Assembly: GCF_009914755.1 (NCBI RefSeq)
Contig: NC_060939.1
DNA length: 64,000 nucleotides
Reading direction: 5' to 3' (one strand)
Origin: the human T2T-CHM13v2.0 reference genome, Homo sapiens
Below the pieces are notes generated by a model that had not been told where the DNA came from, searched no databases, and saw only the letters and a list, made by a program, of their open reading frames with translations. Position 1 is the first letter of the stretch. The number at the start of each line of letters is the position of its first letter. The translations under genes and the position numbers were made by a program. Below, one piece after another: positions 12,750 to 27,050 of the stretch.

Positions 12750-13400
12750 GATGCTCCGCAAGACTCTCCGGCGCCTGCGCGGCTCTTCCCCAGCTCCCCC
12801 TGCAGCTACGTCACCTCCCACGGCCTCCTCCGGCGCCTGCGCGGCTCTTCCCCAGCTCCCCCTGCAGCTACGTCACCTCCCACGGCCTCCTCCGGCGCCT
12901 GCGCGGCTCTTCCCCAGCTCCCCCTGCAGCTACGTCACCTCCCACGGCCTCCTCCGGCGCCTGCGCGGCTCTTCCCCAGCTCCCCCTGCAGCTACGTCAC
13001 CTCCCACGGCCTCCTCCGGCGCCTGCGCGGCTCTTCCCCAGCTCCCCCTGCAGCTACGTCACCTACCCCGGCCTCCTCCGGCGCCTGCGCGGCTCTTCCC
13101 CAGCTCCCCCTGCAGCTATGTCACCTCCCACGGCCTCCGGCGCCTGCGCGGCCGCGGCTCCGCCGTTCAACCGCATGCGCGACAGCGCTGAGGCCCGGGG
13201 AGCGAGGATCTGCCGCCGCTCAGCCCGGAGCCCGCTCAGAAACCTCGTTCTGCCGACTCGGACGGCAGCCGCCGTTTTGGATCCTGCATTCATTTCCTCC
13301 CAGGCTCTGGCTTGTCCCGTCGTTGGTGTCATCTAGGAGCTGCCCAGTCCCGGTCTCACTCATGTGAGTGTGGCGGGCTGGGCGTGTGCAGAATCTCCAG
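12750..13400. promoter_or_regulatory. CpG island / promoter-like region
   Basis: Dense CpG in a CpG-depleted background; NRF1-like GCGCCTGCGC x7 and GCATGCGC (13173-13180); CRE-like TACGTCA x5. Confidence 0.7.
12766..13152. repeat. 62-bp GC-rich minisatellite, 6 copies plus a partial
   Basis: Unit CTCCGGCGCCTGCGCGGCTCTTCCCCAGCTCCCCCTGCAGCTACGTCACCTCCCACGGCCTC starts at 12766, 12828, 12890, 12952, 13014, 13076, 13135 (partial). Confidence 0.98.
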
Positions 13401-13545
13401 GAGGCACTTTTCTGCACACTCTGGAGAGCCTGCCTGGCCCTCCAAGCACACACCCGTCACTACGCAGACCCGAGAAGGCTCTGCGAGGTGGTTGTGGCTT
13501 CCACCACATGAGCACCAGGAGCTGACCTCTTCCCTTCCTCCAAAG
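13364..13545 (+). other. Candidate 182-nt GT-AG intron of an unidentified (likely non-coding) transcript
   Basis: Donor CAT|GTGAGT at 13364; branch point CTGAC 13522-13526, pyrimidine tract CTCTTCCCTTCCTCC, AAG| at 13545. Confidence 0.45.
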
Positions 13546-14544
13546 TGGCCTCTGGGATGTGCTGCGTGCCAGGCGACATCTCTCCCACCGAGACTCAATC
13601 CTCCATCTCCAAGTCCAGCCAAGGCATCCCCGTCAACCCTGCCCTCAAGCAGCACAACTTCTCCCCTGGTCTGGAGACAGAGGAGAAGGAGGGGAGGAAG
13701 AGGGTGGGGGCTGGGGGGAGCTTCAGCTGACAATGAGGTGGAAGGAACTAGAAAACATTTCTCCCTCTGAAATAGCGGCATCGGGTCACCAAAGCCTCAG
13801 ATCAAGTGCAGCTGGAGAAGGGGAAGTGAATGAACTCTTTATCTGGACTTTCTTTATCAAAAAGGTTTAAACTGGATCTAAGGCACACTAGGTGTTTTTG
13901 CCCTCGGTGCAAGGTTTCTGCTCCGCAATGGAGCCGTGGAGCAGACAATGGCTGGAGCCCAGCCTGCCCATCAGTGGGGCCTGCACAAGGCTGAGGCGAT
14001 CTCAGGAATCAGGGCTGGACCCCTTCCAGCTACTGGTCTGCCCACCCCAGAGGCCCCTGTCCTTTGAGTTTCCCGTTATTGGTTTCCCTTTCATTCACTC
14101 TTACGTTCAGAGGTCGGACCTAAGAGAACAGAGACACACTGGGTAGTGCAATATGAAGCGGGGCAGCTGGGGTCAGGGTCAGAAAATGGGGCTCGCACTC
14201 CCTCCAGCACCTCCTGGCTGGGTGACCCACAGCCACCTCCTCTCTCCTGGGACCTGCGGCTCCTCCATGCCCTGCCTCCTTGGTTGATGAAGAACCAATG
14301 GCTGTGTGCCACAAACTACTAGGTTCCATCACAATGGAGGCCATGGGGGCCTCAAGACCAAAGACCCCAAGACCCCTGAGTACAAGCAGGGGCAGCCAGG
14401 AATTGGGCCTCTGCTGGGTCCTGGAAACCCCAAAAGCTAAAGGCCCAGGGCTTCGCTCCAAACCTCTCCCTCGAGGCCACACTGAGGACTAAAGGAATTG
14501 CCAGAGCTCAGCCTCAAGGGGCTGTTCCTCAATGTGGTGTTGAG

Positions 14545-14745
14545 GGTGGGATTTGGAAATACAGGCCCAGGTTCGAATCCTCCCTCTGCCAATTGCCAGC
14601 TGCCAGACCCAGGGCAAGATCCTATGCCTCTTAGATTCTTGTTTCCTCAATGACAGAGATGGAAAATAATCAGGGATGACAGCCTGGAACAGCAAGTTGT
14701 AAGGGTGTATGCATAGACAGATCCCCACTGCGGAGAGCACGCATC
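14545..14745 (+). mobile_element. MIR
   Basis: CAGGTTCGAATCCT B-box-like sequence followed by MIR core GTTTCCTCAATGACAGAGATGG. Confidence 0.7.
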
Positions 14746-15539
14746 AGGGAAGATGCTGCAGCCCCCACCCTGGCTCCTGAAGTACAGTTCAGGTGCATAA
14801 GGGCCTCCAGGTCTTTCCTGTCAATGTTCTTGGGGACTATCCATGGTCCCCCACCAACCCCACCCTCCTGACCTTGGCATGCTCAGGGCCAGTGTAACGT
14901 CTTTTGTGCTGTCTACTTCTGTTCCAGTCAGGGAGTAGACCCTGAACCTCAGGCTTGGCCTGAAAATTCTCTTCAGCTGCACACAGCTGTCCCCAGCACA
15001 GGGACAGGAACAGGAACCAGCAGCGAGGGGCCTGCCATCCCCCAAGTGACAAGGCCCTACAGAGGAACTCCCATCGCTCAAGGCAGGGCACTTGCCCCTC
15101 TCAGTTCTCAGGGAGGGATTGCATCAAAGTCAGGGGCTGGGCTGGGAGGACTTACTTGCTAGAGGGAGACAGGCAGGTGGACACTGGATGGGGGAACGAA
15201 CGTGAGGGTCTGGGTGCAGAGGCTTCCTTGTCGCTTCAGAAAATGTGACACTCCTCATTGCAGCCCCTCTCCCAAAAACCAATCCTCCCCAGTCATCACT
15301 AACTCCCAGGCAGTGACGGGGAAGGAGGGCCAGGGGGACCCTTGGGCAAAGCCGGGGGCTGGGCCCTGTTTCTCCTACAGCAGAGAAAGAACTCGGTCAA
15401 CCATGGTGGCTAGAAGCCGGGGGCTTGGGAAAGAAAGGTCTGCTGTTTGCCAAAATGTAACAGCTCCTCTCCCTCACTGAAGCCCGGGAGAGCAGAGAGC
15501 CGTGCCAACCTCTCCAGCCTATTCCTGAGGGCACCTGCC

Positions 15540-15890
15540 CCCATGCAACCCGCGGGCAGGAGCAGTTCCCTCGCCCGCCGCCAGGGCGCGCCCCGCTCCG
15601 AGCAGCCGGACGCCGTCCTCCCGCCGCGACGGGGCACCAGCCCGCAGAGAAATGGCTGCCCCGGGGCTCCTGCGCCCTCTGAGAAGAGTTTGTGGGCTTG
15701 ATGAGTTTGCTTTACCAAGTATTCCCAAGTACGATGCCACGTGGGGAAAAAGGAACCCTTGTGGCGGGTGTGGACGAATGTAAATACAGACACCCCCGGC
15801 GGGCAGGCAGAGGCCCAAACGAGCGGGCCCGCCTGGGGGCCGGCTGCGGGGCGGACCTTCTTCTCCCAACGTTCTAGGCGGCATCTTGTA
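15540..15890. promoter_or_regulatory. Small CpG-rich element with CTCF-like site, E-box and GC box
   Basis: GCAGTTCCC (15562-15570) plus core CCGCCAGGGCGCGC (15578-15591); GCCACGTGG near 15737; GGGGCGG near 15848. Confidence 0.6.
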
Positions 15891-15969
15891 TTTCTGGTGC
15901 AATAGAAAAGTTTTAAAAACGTAACTTGGCTTTTTTGCATGTACTACAGGCTCATGAATGCTCTGTTCT

Positions 15970-16125
15970 CTATGTGCACGCACATGTATGTGTGTGTGTG
16001 TTCGTGTTTGTGTGTACATATGTGTGTGTGTATGTGTGTTTCTGTGTGTTTCTGTGTGTTTGTGTGTGTTCATGTGTGTGCATGTGTGTGTAGGTGTGTG
16101 TGTGTGTGTGTGTGCACGCACACAT
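15970..16125. repeat. Degenerate (TG)n microsatellite
   Basis: Direct inspection. Confidence 0.95.
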
Positions 16126-16996
16126 GCTTTAATGTCTCTGGCATCTGGACCCACGGCCAGGTGCAGGCCTGGTGGCAGAGTAGGGCTCTGTGTCCACACT
16201 AGGGAATTTGGGGGGTCTGCGGGCCAGGGGTACATTGGGAATAGGGGAAAGAGTAGAAAAGGGTCTGGAAATCCAGAGAACATTTTTCCTGAGAGAGTCT
16301 CTTGACAAAAGCAGCTTCTACAACTACAGCAGTCCCTCAGCTCTCACAGCTGGGACCTACTAACCCTTGCGCTGTTCTCAGCAAAACTCCTCAGAACTCA
16401 GCCACCAAAGGCAAGTCAGCAGTTCACACTTGTGTCAGCCACACAGAAACTGTATTCCACCAAGAACAGCCTGCCCCTAATACAAATAGGGCAGGGGATG
16501 GCAAAAGGTTCTGTCCCAAGTCCCCTAAACTGGAGCCACAGAGGGGAGACCATCCACAGAGGAAGCTCTGGGCTCCCGGGGGGGCTCTCAGGACCCCCCA
16601 CTGCTTGGTTCCAGGGTGAGGCTCTGCCTGGCTCCCCTCATTCCGGAACCACAACTCACAAGCCAAGAAACACAAAACCAAAAGCCACATGAACAGGCAC
16701 AGACAGCGAGGGAGGCAGGCCAGGCCCCAGGACAGCCTGGGGCACTCCATCAAACTGAATGACCCTGTGGACTCCAGTTAACCCTGAGCTTGCCCCTTTC
16801 CCCAGCCATGGTGAAAAAGGCAGAAATGGAGGGGCCTCCCCCATGCCTTGGTGGCCCAGCTCACTATTGGGCCTGTGGAGGACCTGTCCAGCAGCTGTTA
16901 GGAAGAGAAGAAGGTACTGGAAGGGCCTGATTAAGGCTGTCTGTGCAGCTGGATCGTGGCTGGGGCAGAGTGGGAAGGAAGGCCAGGAGAGTGGCG

Positions 16997-17557
16997 TGTC
17001 CGATTATGTTCTCCAAAGACGGCCACAACAGTACCTCCCATCCTGTCACCCCTCCCATCAACAAGTGGAGTCTGTGTCCCTTCCCCTTGTATTTGGGGGG
17101 AGCTTGTGACTTGCTTGTTACAAATAGAATATGGTGGAAATGATGCAGCATAACTGCCAAAGCTCAGTAGGAAAGGCAATGAAGCAGACACTCACCTCTG
17201 GAGCCCTGAGCCTGTAGTCAAGAAGTCTGACTGTGATGAGGCCGCCATGCTCTGAGGAAGCCCAAGCCACATGCAGAGGCTGTTGTGGCCAACAGCCTGG
17301 GCTGAGGTCGCACCAACAGCCAGCATCATGTGGGGGAAACATGAGAGATGACATCTTCAGATGGTTCCAGCTGTTGGGTCCCTCTCAGCTGTGGAGTCTT
17401 TGCAGTGGAGGCCTCAGACTTTACAGGATGGAAGCAAGTCAGCCCTCCTGTGCTCTGTGCAACTTCCAGACCTGCAGAACCAGGAGTATGGGAAGATGGC
17501 TGTGGTAAGCCGCTAAGTTTTGGGGTGCTTTGTTAGAAAACAGCAGTAACTGGAACA
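16997..17557 (+). mobile_element. MLT1 (G-like) ERVL-MaLR solo LTR
   Basis: CCAAAGACGGCCAC start, GAGGAAGCCCAAGCCACATG, end AAGCCGCTAAGTTTTGGGGTG...TAACTGGAACA. Confidence 0.8.
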
Positions 17558-20029
17558 GATGGCCCAGGGAGAGATTCAGAAAACTGTGCCAACCAACATT
17601 CTGCTCTTTTCACTTTCACGGATGCTGCCGGGACCCAGGAGGCCACAGGTCTTTTGAAGAGCTGTCCCCTCTTTAGCAGGTAATGACTCAGGCTCAGGGG
17701 ATGTGGGAGCTGCCTCTGGCAGGGCAGCCCCCTCTGCCTGGTGTGCAGGGAACCAAAGTTTGCAGCTTGTGCAAGGCAGACCTGGCCTCTTCTTCTCAGG
17801 CCTGAGGAAGGTGCTGCTGGCCAAGACTGACTGTCCATGCTGGCTGAGCTCTGGGGCGGATTGGCCAGTCCTGCTGGTGTTTCCAGGCCTGATGGATGAA
17901 CAGGGCCTCCAGAGTCATGGGTGACTACAGCACCGGCTCCTTGTCAGGCCCAAACGAAAACCACTGCTGCTGTGGCCTAGCGACCTTAGAGAGGAGACAC
18001 ACCTTGCCTTTGCCACTTGTTTCTGGCCTGGGCTCTGCACTCCTCTCCATCGGCTACTCTGACTCATCGGGAGTAGACAAAGGGACAGAAGTTTCCAGGA
18101 AAAGGGAAAGAGACTGCAGGCAGGTCCTGTGGCTGTGGAAGTGGGTCTGGGGAGCCTTGACAAGGCCCCCCGCTCCAGAGGCCCACATGGCCAGCAGCAG
18201 CCAGGCCATAAGCAGTCAGCAGCTGCCATCATTGCCTATCAGACTATCTGTTTCCAAGGAAGAGGCTCCAGGAAGCCACAACACAGACGCCTTTATTCTC
18301 CCTGCTGAGATGCCAGCCAGGGACTAAAGGGCAGGAGAGAGGCCTCCGAGGTATGGGTTTGCCTCCCAGAATGTGCAGCCGGAAATGACCTTGACCTTCT
18401 CCCATCCCCATTGTGCACATGGGAAAGGAAGGCCCAGGGAAGCGGCCGATCCAAAATGTGTCGTTGCCAGGGCAACCCGGCCACAGCGCTTGCAAGCCTG
18501 GGAAAAAGTTGTTGTTCATCACGGGGGTGGACGTTTGTCTTGTTTTGATTTTTCAAAAGCCTGAACCAACTCAGCTTTTTAACATGCTGCTCCAGGACAC
18601 GGTGCTACTTGCAGACAGCCTGAGGAGCAGATGCAGGCAGAGCTGATGGTGTTCAGACACCCTCGCCGATTCCAAAACATCCCTGCTCGGCTCCTGCCTC
18701 ACTTCTCGGCAGACAGCCCTGTCCTGTCTATACCCAAGACCCAAGGGTCAGGCCAATTCCTGTCCATTTCCCTCAATCAGCAACTTTGGTGTAGGAATGA
18801 AGTTAAAAGATCCGAGTTCACTGTCCGCAATATGATGCAGTTGCCCTATTTTCTCTTCCCTGAAAAGTTAGGAAACTTTGACATTAAGGAAGTCGTTTGT
18901 CATGATTTCTCATTGTCACACAAGTTTAACCACTGTCACATCAGACCAAAAGGCAGCGCTGATCCAGCTGTGTGTGGCATGACTCCAGACTTCTTGGTGA
19001 GGAATGGAGATCCTTACGGCAGAATTCAAGCTTCCCTTGTTGCAAAAGAAAGCAAATTCCCCCTCCGGAGAGGCCTTCTCAGCATTGGCCCCAGCTGGAG
19101 GCTCTGTCCATTTAACTCCTAAGCATCTCACTTGGGCATCCAGTGAGATGAGCAGGGACCACAGCCATCTCCTAACTCCCCAGTCTCCATTGTGGGGTCC
19201 AGGCCTAGGTGGCTCCCAGGTCCTGATTCAGCTTCACAGGGCTGCGGTGCCCTCCTCAAGCCCCGCTGCTTCACCCAGCCTGACTAGCACGACCTCCAAT
19301 CCCCCTGTGCCTGCCCCTTCTCTCAGGCACCTCCAGTCTGAAGGACGGTGGGGCAGCTCACTAGTGTGCACCCGCAGGAGGACTCAGTGAGAGGAGGGAG
19401 ACAGGGCAGCCAGGCACTGCTGTGCTGTGCCCACCCTGCCTACTGGACAGGCCGAGGGCAGGCCATGGGCACCCATGCTCAGGTTTTAAGAAGAGAGAGA
19501 TCATTCAGAGTGGACCGAGCCATTCCCACCAGCCATTCTACATCGGCGCCCGAGAGGCAGTGCCTCTTGCGTGTGGAGGAGCACACATGAGAACTCCCTG
19601 GAGCACTCCCAACTGTAGATCACGGCAGTCGCAGAGAGCCTTAGGAGGCAGAGGGTCTACAGAGCTGGCAGGGGACCCTCGGAGTCCATGACTGTCGCTG
19701 TGACTGGGCCCCGCTTCCAGGCTGTGTCCGACAAGGCCAGGAGGGCAGCCTCCACCTCAAGCCTACATCATGCACGCTGGCCCCAGGGGGTTTCTGTGTG
19801 GAACACCAGCTGAGTACATGAGGATGAGATGGCACAAACTGCAAGATAGAATAGCGGGGAATAGTACAAATTAAATAAGCCATGAGGTGAGATCACCTCA
19901 AGAAGACTGGTGAGCCTAAGCTTTGGCTCCATGATCCTGCCCCTAAGTTCTTAAAAAATGCAGAAAAGGTGTTTAAGAAAATAAGTTAATTCCTGGCAGT
20001 GCTGGGGAAAGGTGGTTGCGACAGATCTT

Positions 20030-20492
20030 GCATTTTCCAAGATGGCTACCACAAGACCTTTCATCCCACATGGCTTTTCTACCAAGGGGCTCAGACGCTC
20101 CTCCTATCCAGAGTTGGGGTCTCTCCTTCCTCTCCTGGAACCCTGGTGGGCCAGTGACTACACAAAAGTGATGCCACGTGACTAGCTGGGTCAGAAAGGC
20201 CGATTCCATTTCTGCCTGGCCCTCTGGGCGAGCTTATTATTGACACTCAGACTCCATGCTATGAGACAGCCCAAGCCACATGGAGGTGACACAGGCAGGT
20301 GTTCCATCTGATGCCCGGATAAGCAGCGCCCAACCAGTCTGGCTGCAGGCCCATAAAAGGAGGGCATCGGAACAGGACCTGCGCAGCCAAACCCATCAAC
20401 CCTCAGGAGCCATGAGAAATGAGAATAAAATGGTTGTTTTAAGCCATTACCTTTAAGAGTGATTCCTTACTCAGCAACAGATAACCAGAACA
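20030..20492 (+). mobile_element. MLT1 (H-like) ERVL-MaLR LTR
   Basis: GCCCAAGCCACATGGAG; end AATAAAATGGTTGTTTTAAGCC...GCAACAGATAACCAGAACA. Confidence 0.75.
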
Positions 20493-20900
20493 GGATACTT
20501 TCAGTGGTCCAGAAGTTATGAAGCAGCTGGGATTAGTGAGAATCAGGAAACCATAGCTCCAAATTCTGGAAATGGTGGCTGCTTCCAGTTCAGTGGGAGC
20601 AGGTACAAGCGAGAGAACAGGGCTGCAAGTGACCGTTAGGTGCTAAGGGCCTGCATCCAGAAGACCACCCGGGCCCAGCCTACCTGGCGACGCATTCTTG
20701 CCTCTCACCTGCAATTGCTGAGGGTAAATAGATACATCACTTACAGATGCGTCAACAGGAAACCTCCCCCTCTAAGATGAGCGCTTAATGAAGACACTAC
20801 AAACAGCTGAGGAAAACCCACAGCGAGAGAGAGTCACCAAACTCAACAGCTAAACCACCTAAAGAAAGTGAGTTCTTATTACAAAGAAATGGAGATTTTA

Positions 20901-21210
<310 letters not shown>

Positions 21211-21691
21211 GTCTATTAATGTATTTGGAGAAATAAAGATCAGGCCACTGTTAAAAAAAAAAAGGAACCAACTAAAGACCTTAACATATGATTGTTAAAC
21301 ATATGATTGTTAAAAGGAAAACTCAAGAAAGCCAAGGAGAAAAGTGGAGCCCCCTGAAGAGCAAGTTTCTGGAGTTTGAAGCCAAAGTCCTGTTCAGAAT
21401 GTAGCACACAAGGAAAACAGCACGAAAACTGTGAAGGAAATGTGAAGGTGCATGGAGGATAGATGCAGAAGTTGCAAAACCATCTAATAGAAATTCCAAA
21501 AACAGTGGGTTAGAATTAGAAAACACTAAGAGAAACAGTAGACAAGAAATGTATTGCAACCTATTCCCCAAAAGCTTAAAAAGAGAAAGCTTGGATAGTT
21601 CAATAGCCAAAGAATTTGCATAGACAATAAAAGACTAAACTAGAAGACCGAACATTTTTTTAAATGCCTGGGCCCAGCTGTTTTTATAGAC

Positions 21692-21992
21692 TTTTATTTA
21701 TTTATTTATTTGAGATGGAGTCTTGCTCTGTTGCCCAGGCTGGAGTACAGTGGAATGATCTTGGCTCACTGCAACCTCCACCTCCCAGGTTCAAGCAATT
21801 CTCTGCCTCAGCCTCCCAAGTAGCTGGGATTACAGGCGCCTGCTGCCAAGCCTGGCTAATTGTTTTGTATTTTTAGTAGAGACAGGGTTTCACCATCTTG
21901 ACCGGCCTGGTCTTGAACTCCTGGCCTCATGATCCACCCACCTTCGCCTCCCAAAGTGCTGAGATTACAGGCGTGAGCCACAGCACCCGGGA
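21692..21992 (-). mobile_element. AluS
   Basis: Antisense full-length with (TTTA)n tail. Confidence 0.95.
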
Positions 21993-22382
21993 CACTTTTT
22001 GCTTAACCTTCAAAGATAGGTAATTATCATGTTAGGTAAACTACTTTGGAGCATACAACAATCTAGAAAGTGAATTAACGTATTTTGCAGGATAATATAA
22101 GGTTAATTCCAAAACGAAAAGAGAGCACACTAATGATCATGTATGCAAATATTTTAATATATTAGCAAATCAAATCAAGTAGCATAGTAAAGGAATAACC
22201 CATCATGACCAAGTAGCATTTAATCCCAGGTAAGCAAGACTTGCTTGACAGTAAGACTCACTACGTTAGCTTAGTAGAGTAGGAAAAACTAGATGACCCG
22301 AACCTCTCAATAGATAGAGGCAGAGTAGGAGAAGAGAACATTTTAGCTGTTGTTTCCTTCACTTGATTAGGGCATTTTCTGC

Positions 22383-23380
22383 AGACCCACAGCAAAGATC
22401 CCATCTACTGATGAAGCCAAGACCCACAGCAAAGATCCCATCTACTGATGAAGCCAAGACCCACAGCAAAGATCCCATCTACCGATGAAGCAAAGACCCA
22501 CAGCAAAGATCCCATCTACCGATGAAGCAAAGACCCACAGCAAAGATCCCATCTACCGATGAAGCCAAGACCCACAGCAAAGATCCCATCTACTGATGAA
22601 GCAAAGACCCACAGCAAAGATCCCATCTGCTGATGAAGCAAAGACCCACAGCAAAGATCCCATCTACTGATGAAGCAAAGACCCACAGCAAAGATCCCAT
22701 CTACTGATGAAGCAAAGACCCACAGCAAAGATCCCATCTGCCGATGAAGCAAAGACCCACAGCAAAGATCCCATCTGCCGATGAAGCAAAGACCCACAGC
22801 AAAGATCCCATCTACCGATGAAGCCAAGACCCACAGCAAAGATCCCATCTACTGATGAAGCAAAGACCCACAACAAAGATCCCATCTACCGATGAATCCA
22901 AGACCCACAGCAAATTTCCCATCTACTGATGAAGCCAAGACCCACAGCAAAGATCCCATCTACTGATGAAGCAAAGACCCACAGCAAAGATCCCATCTGC
23001 CGATGAAGCAAAGACCCACAGCAAAGATCCCATCTACCGATGAAGCAAAGACCCACAGCAAAGATCCCATCTACTGATGAAGCCAAGACCCACAGCAAAG
23101 ATCCCATCTACCGATGAAGCAAAGACCCACAGCAAAGATCCCATCTGCTGATGAAGCAAAGACCCACAGCAAAGATCCCATCTGCTGATGAAGCAAAGAC
23201 CCACAGCAAAGATCCCACCTACTGATGAAGCAAAGACCCACAGCAAAGATCCCATCTGCTGATGAAGCAAAGACCCACAGCAAAGATCCCATCTACAGAT
23301 GAAGCAAAGACCCACAGCAAAGACCCCATCTACTGATGAAGCAAAGACCCATAGCAAAGATCCCATATACAGATGAAGCC
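22383..23380. repeat. 37-bp minisatellite, about 27 copies
   Basis: Unit AGACCCACAGCAAAGATCCCATCT(A/G)C(T/C)GATGAAGC(A/C)A; first unit 22383, last 23345 (26 x 37 apart). Confidence 0.99.
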
Positions 23381-23559
23381 TATGAAACCTAGTTACTAAA
23401 GGCACCACTTTTTGCCCACCTGATTGTGAACATTTTGAAAGACTAATAATATCAAATGTTAGTGAGGGTGTACAGAAATTTCACCTCTCATGCACCGCCA
23501 AAGGAAGGTTAGGTAAACAGGAAAGTCGCCTTACTGAGCAATTTGATAACAGAAAAAAC

Positions 23560-24908
<1,349 letters not shown>

Positions 24909-24924
24909 TTAAACAGTTAAGAGG

Positions 24925-26005
<1,081 letters not shown>

Positions 26006-26439
26006 ATTTAAAGTTATAAAGCATTCTTAACTTCTGTAAATAAATTTTCTGGGAAACCAAGAGCAAGTCAAAACAAGACAGTGTGGTTTTGCAACGCAGC
26101 ATCACCAGGGCCGCCAGGCTGAGGGGCCACAGACAGGTCCGGGTTTCCGTGGCTGCCACCCAGGCCGGCTGAGATTGAGGCAGAAGCTAGCTGAGGTGGA
26201 GGGGTCTTCAGAGCCTCCACGGAATGCCCTGGCCCTGGGTCCTTCATCCCAGGAGCCTCTCCACTGGGGGAGCACTGGGCCTTCCACCGGCACCTCCTGC
26301 AGATGGGGCTGAACCTCCATCAGTTCCCTGCAAAACCACAGTTCTACCCTGTAACCGCCGTGGCCTGCCAGCCACGTAGACCCCAGGCCATGAGTGGGCC
26401 TTGCTAAATGATATCTGTTGGCAGCCCAGGGGAATGCAG

Positions 26440-26650
26440 GAGCACGGGCTGAGGCATGAGACCCAGATCCAAATCCTGCCCCCCTCTTCTTCTGTGCTGA
26501 CTGACCCCGGCAAGGCCTCAGTTTCCTCAACGTTCTCACCTGTGAAATGGGAAAGATAGTATCTCACAGGACTACTGTGAAGGTTCATTAGGAAAATGTG
26601 TATAAATCACCTGGCCCAGAGGAGGTTTTTTCAATAAGATATTAGTTATT
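26440..26650 (+). mobile_element. MIR
   Basis: GCCTCAGTTTCCTC...CTGTGAAATGGG core and 3' CCTGGCCCAGAG...TCAATAA. Confidence 0.75.
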
Positions 26651-26700
26651 TGCTCTTGTTGGTTCATAAGTCACACAAATTTAATTTCAGAAGTGAAACC

Positions 26701-27050
<350 letters not shown>

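Noticed and set aside
12637-13336. 184- and 203-aa Pro/Ser/Ala-rich ORFs
   Set aside because: Translations of the 62-bp VNTR, which lacks + strand stops.
22383-23380. Possible CRISPR array (37-bp repeats)
   Set aside because: Units are head-to-tail with no unique spacers, there are no cas genes, and the DNA is primate; it is a minisatellite.
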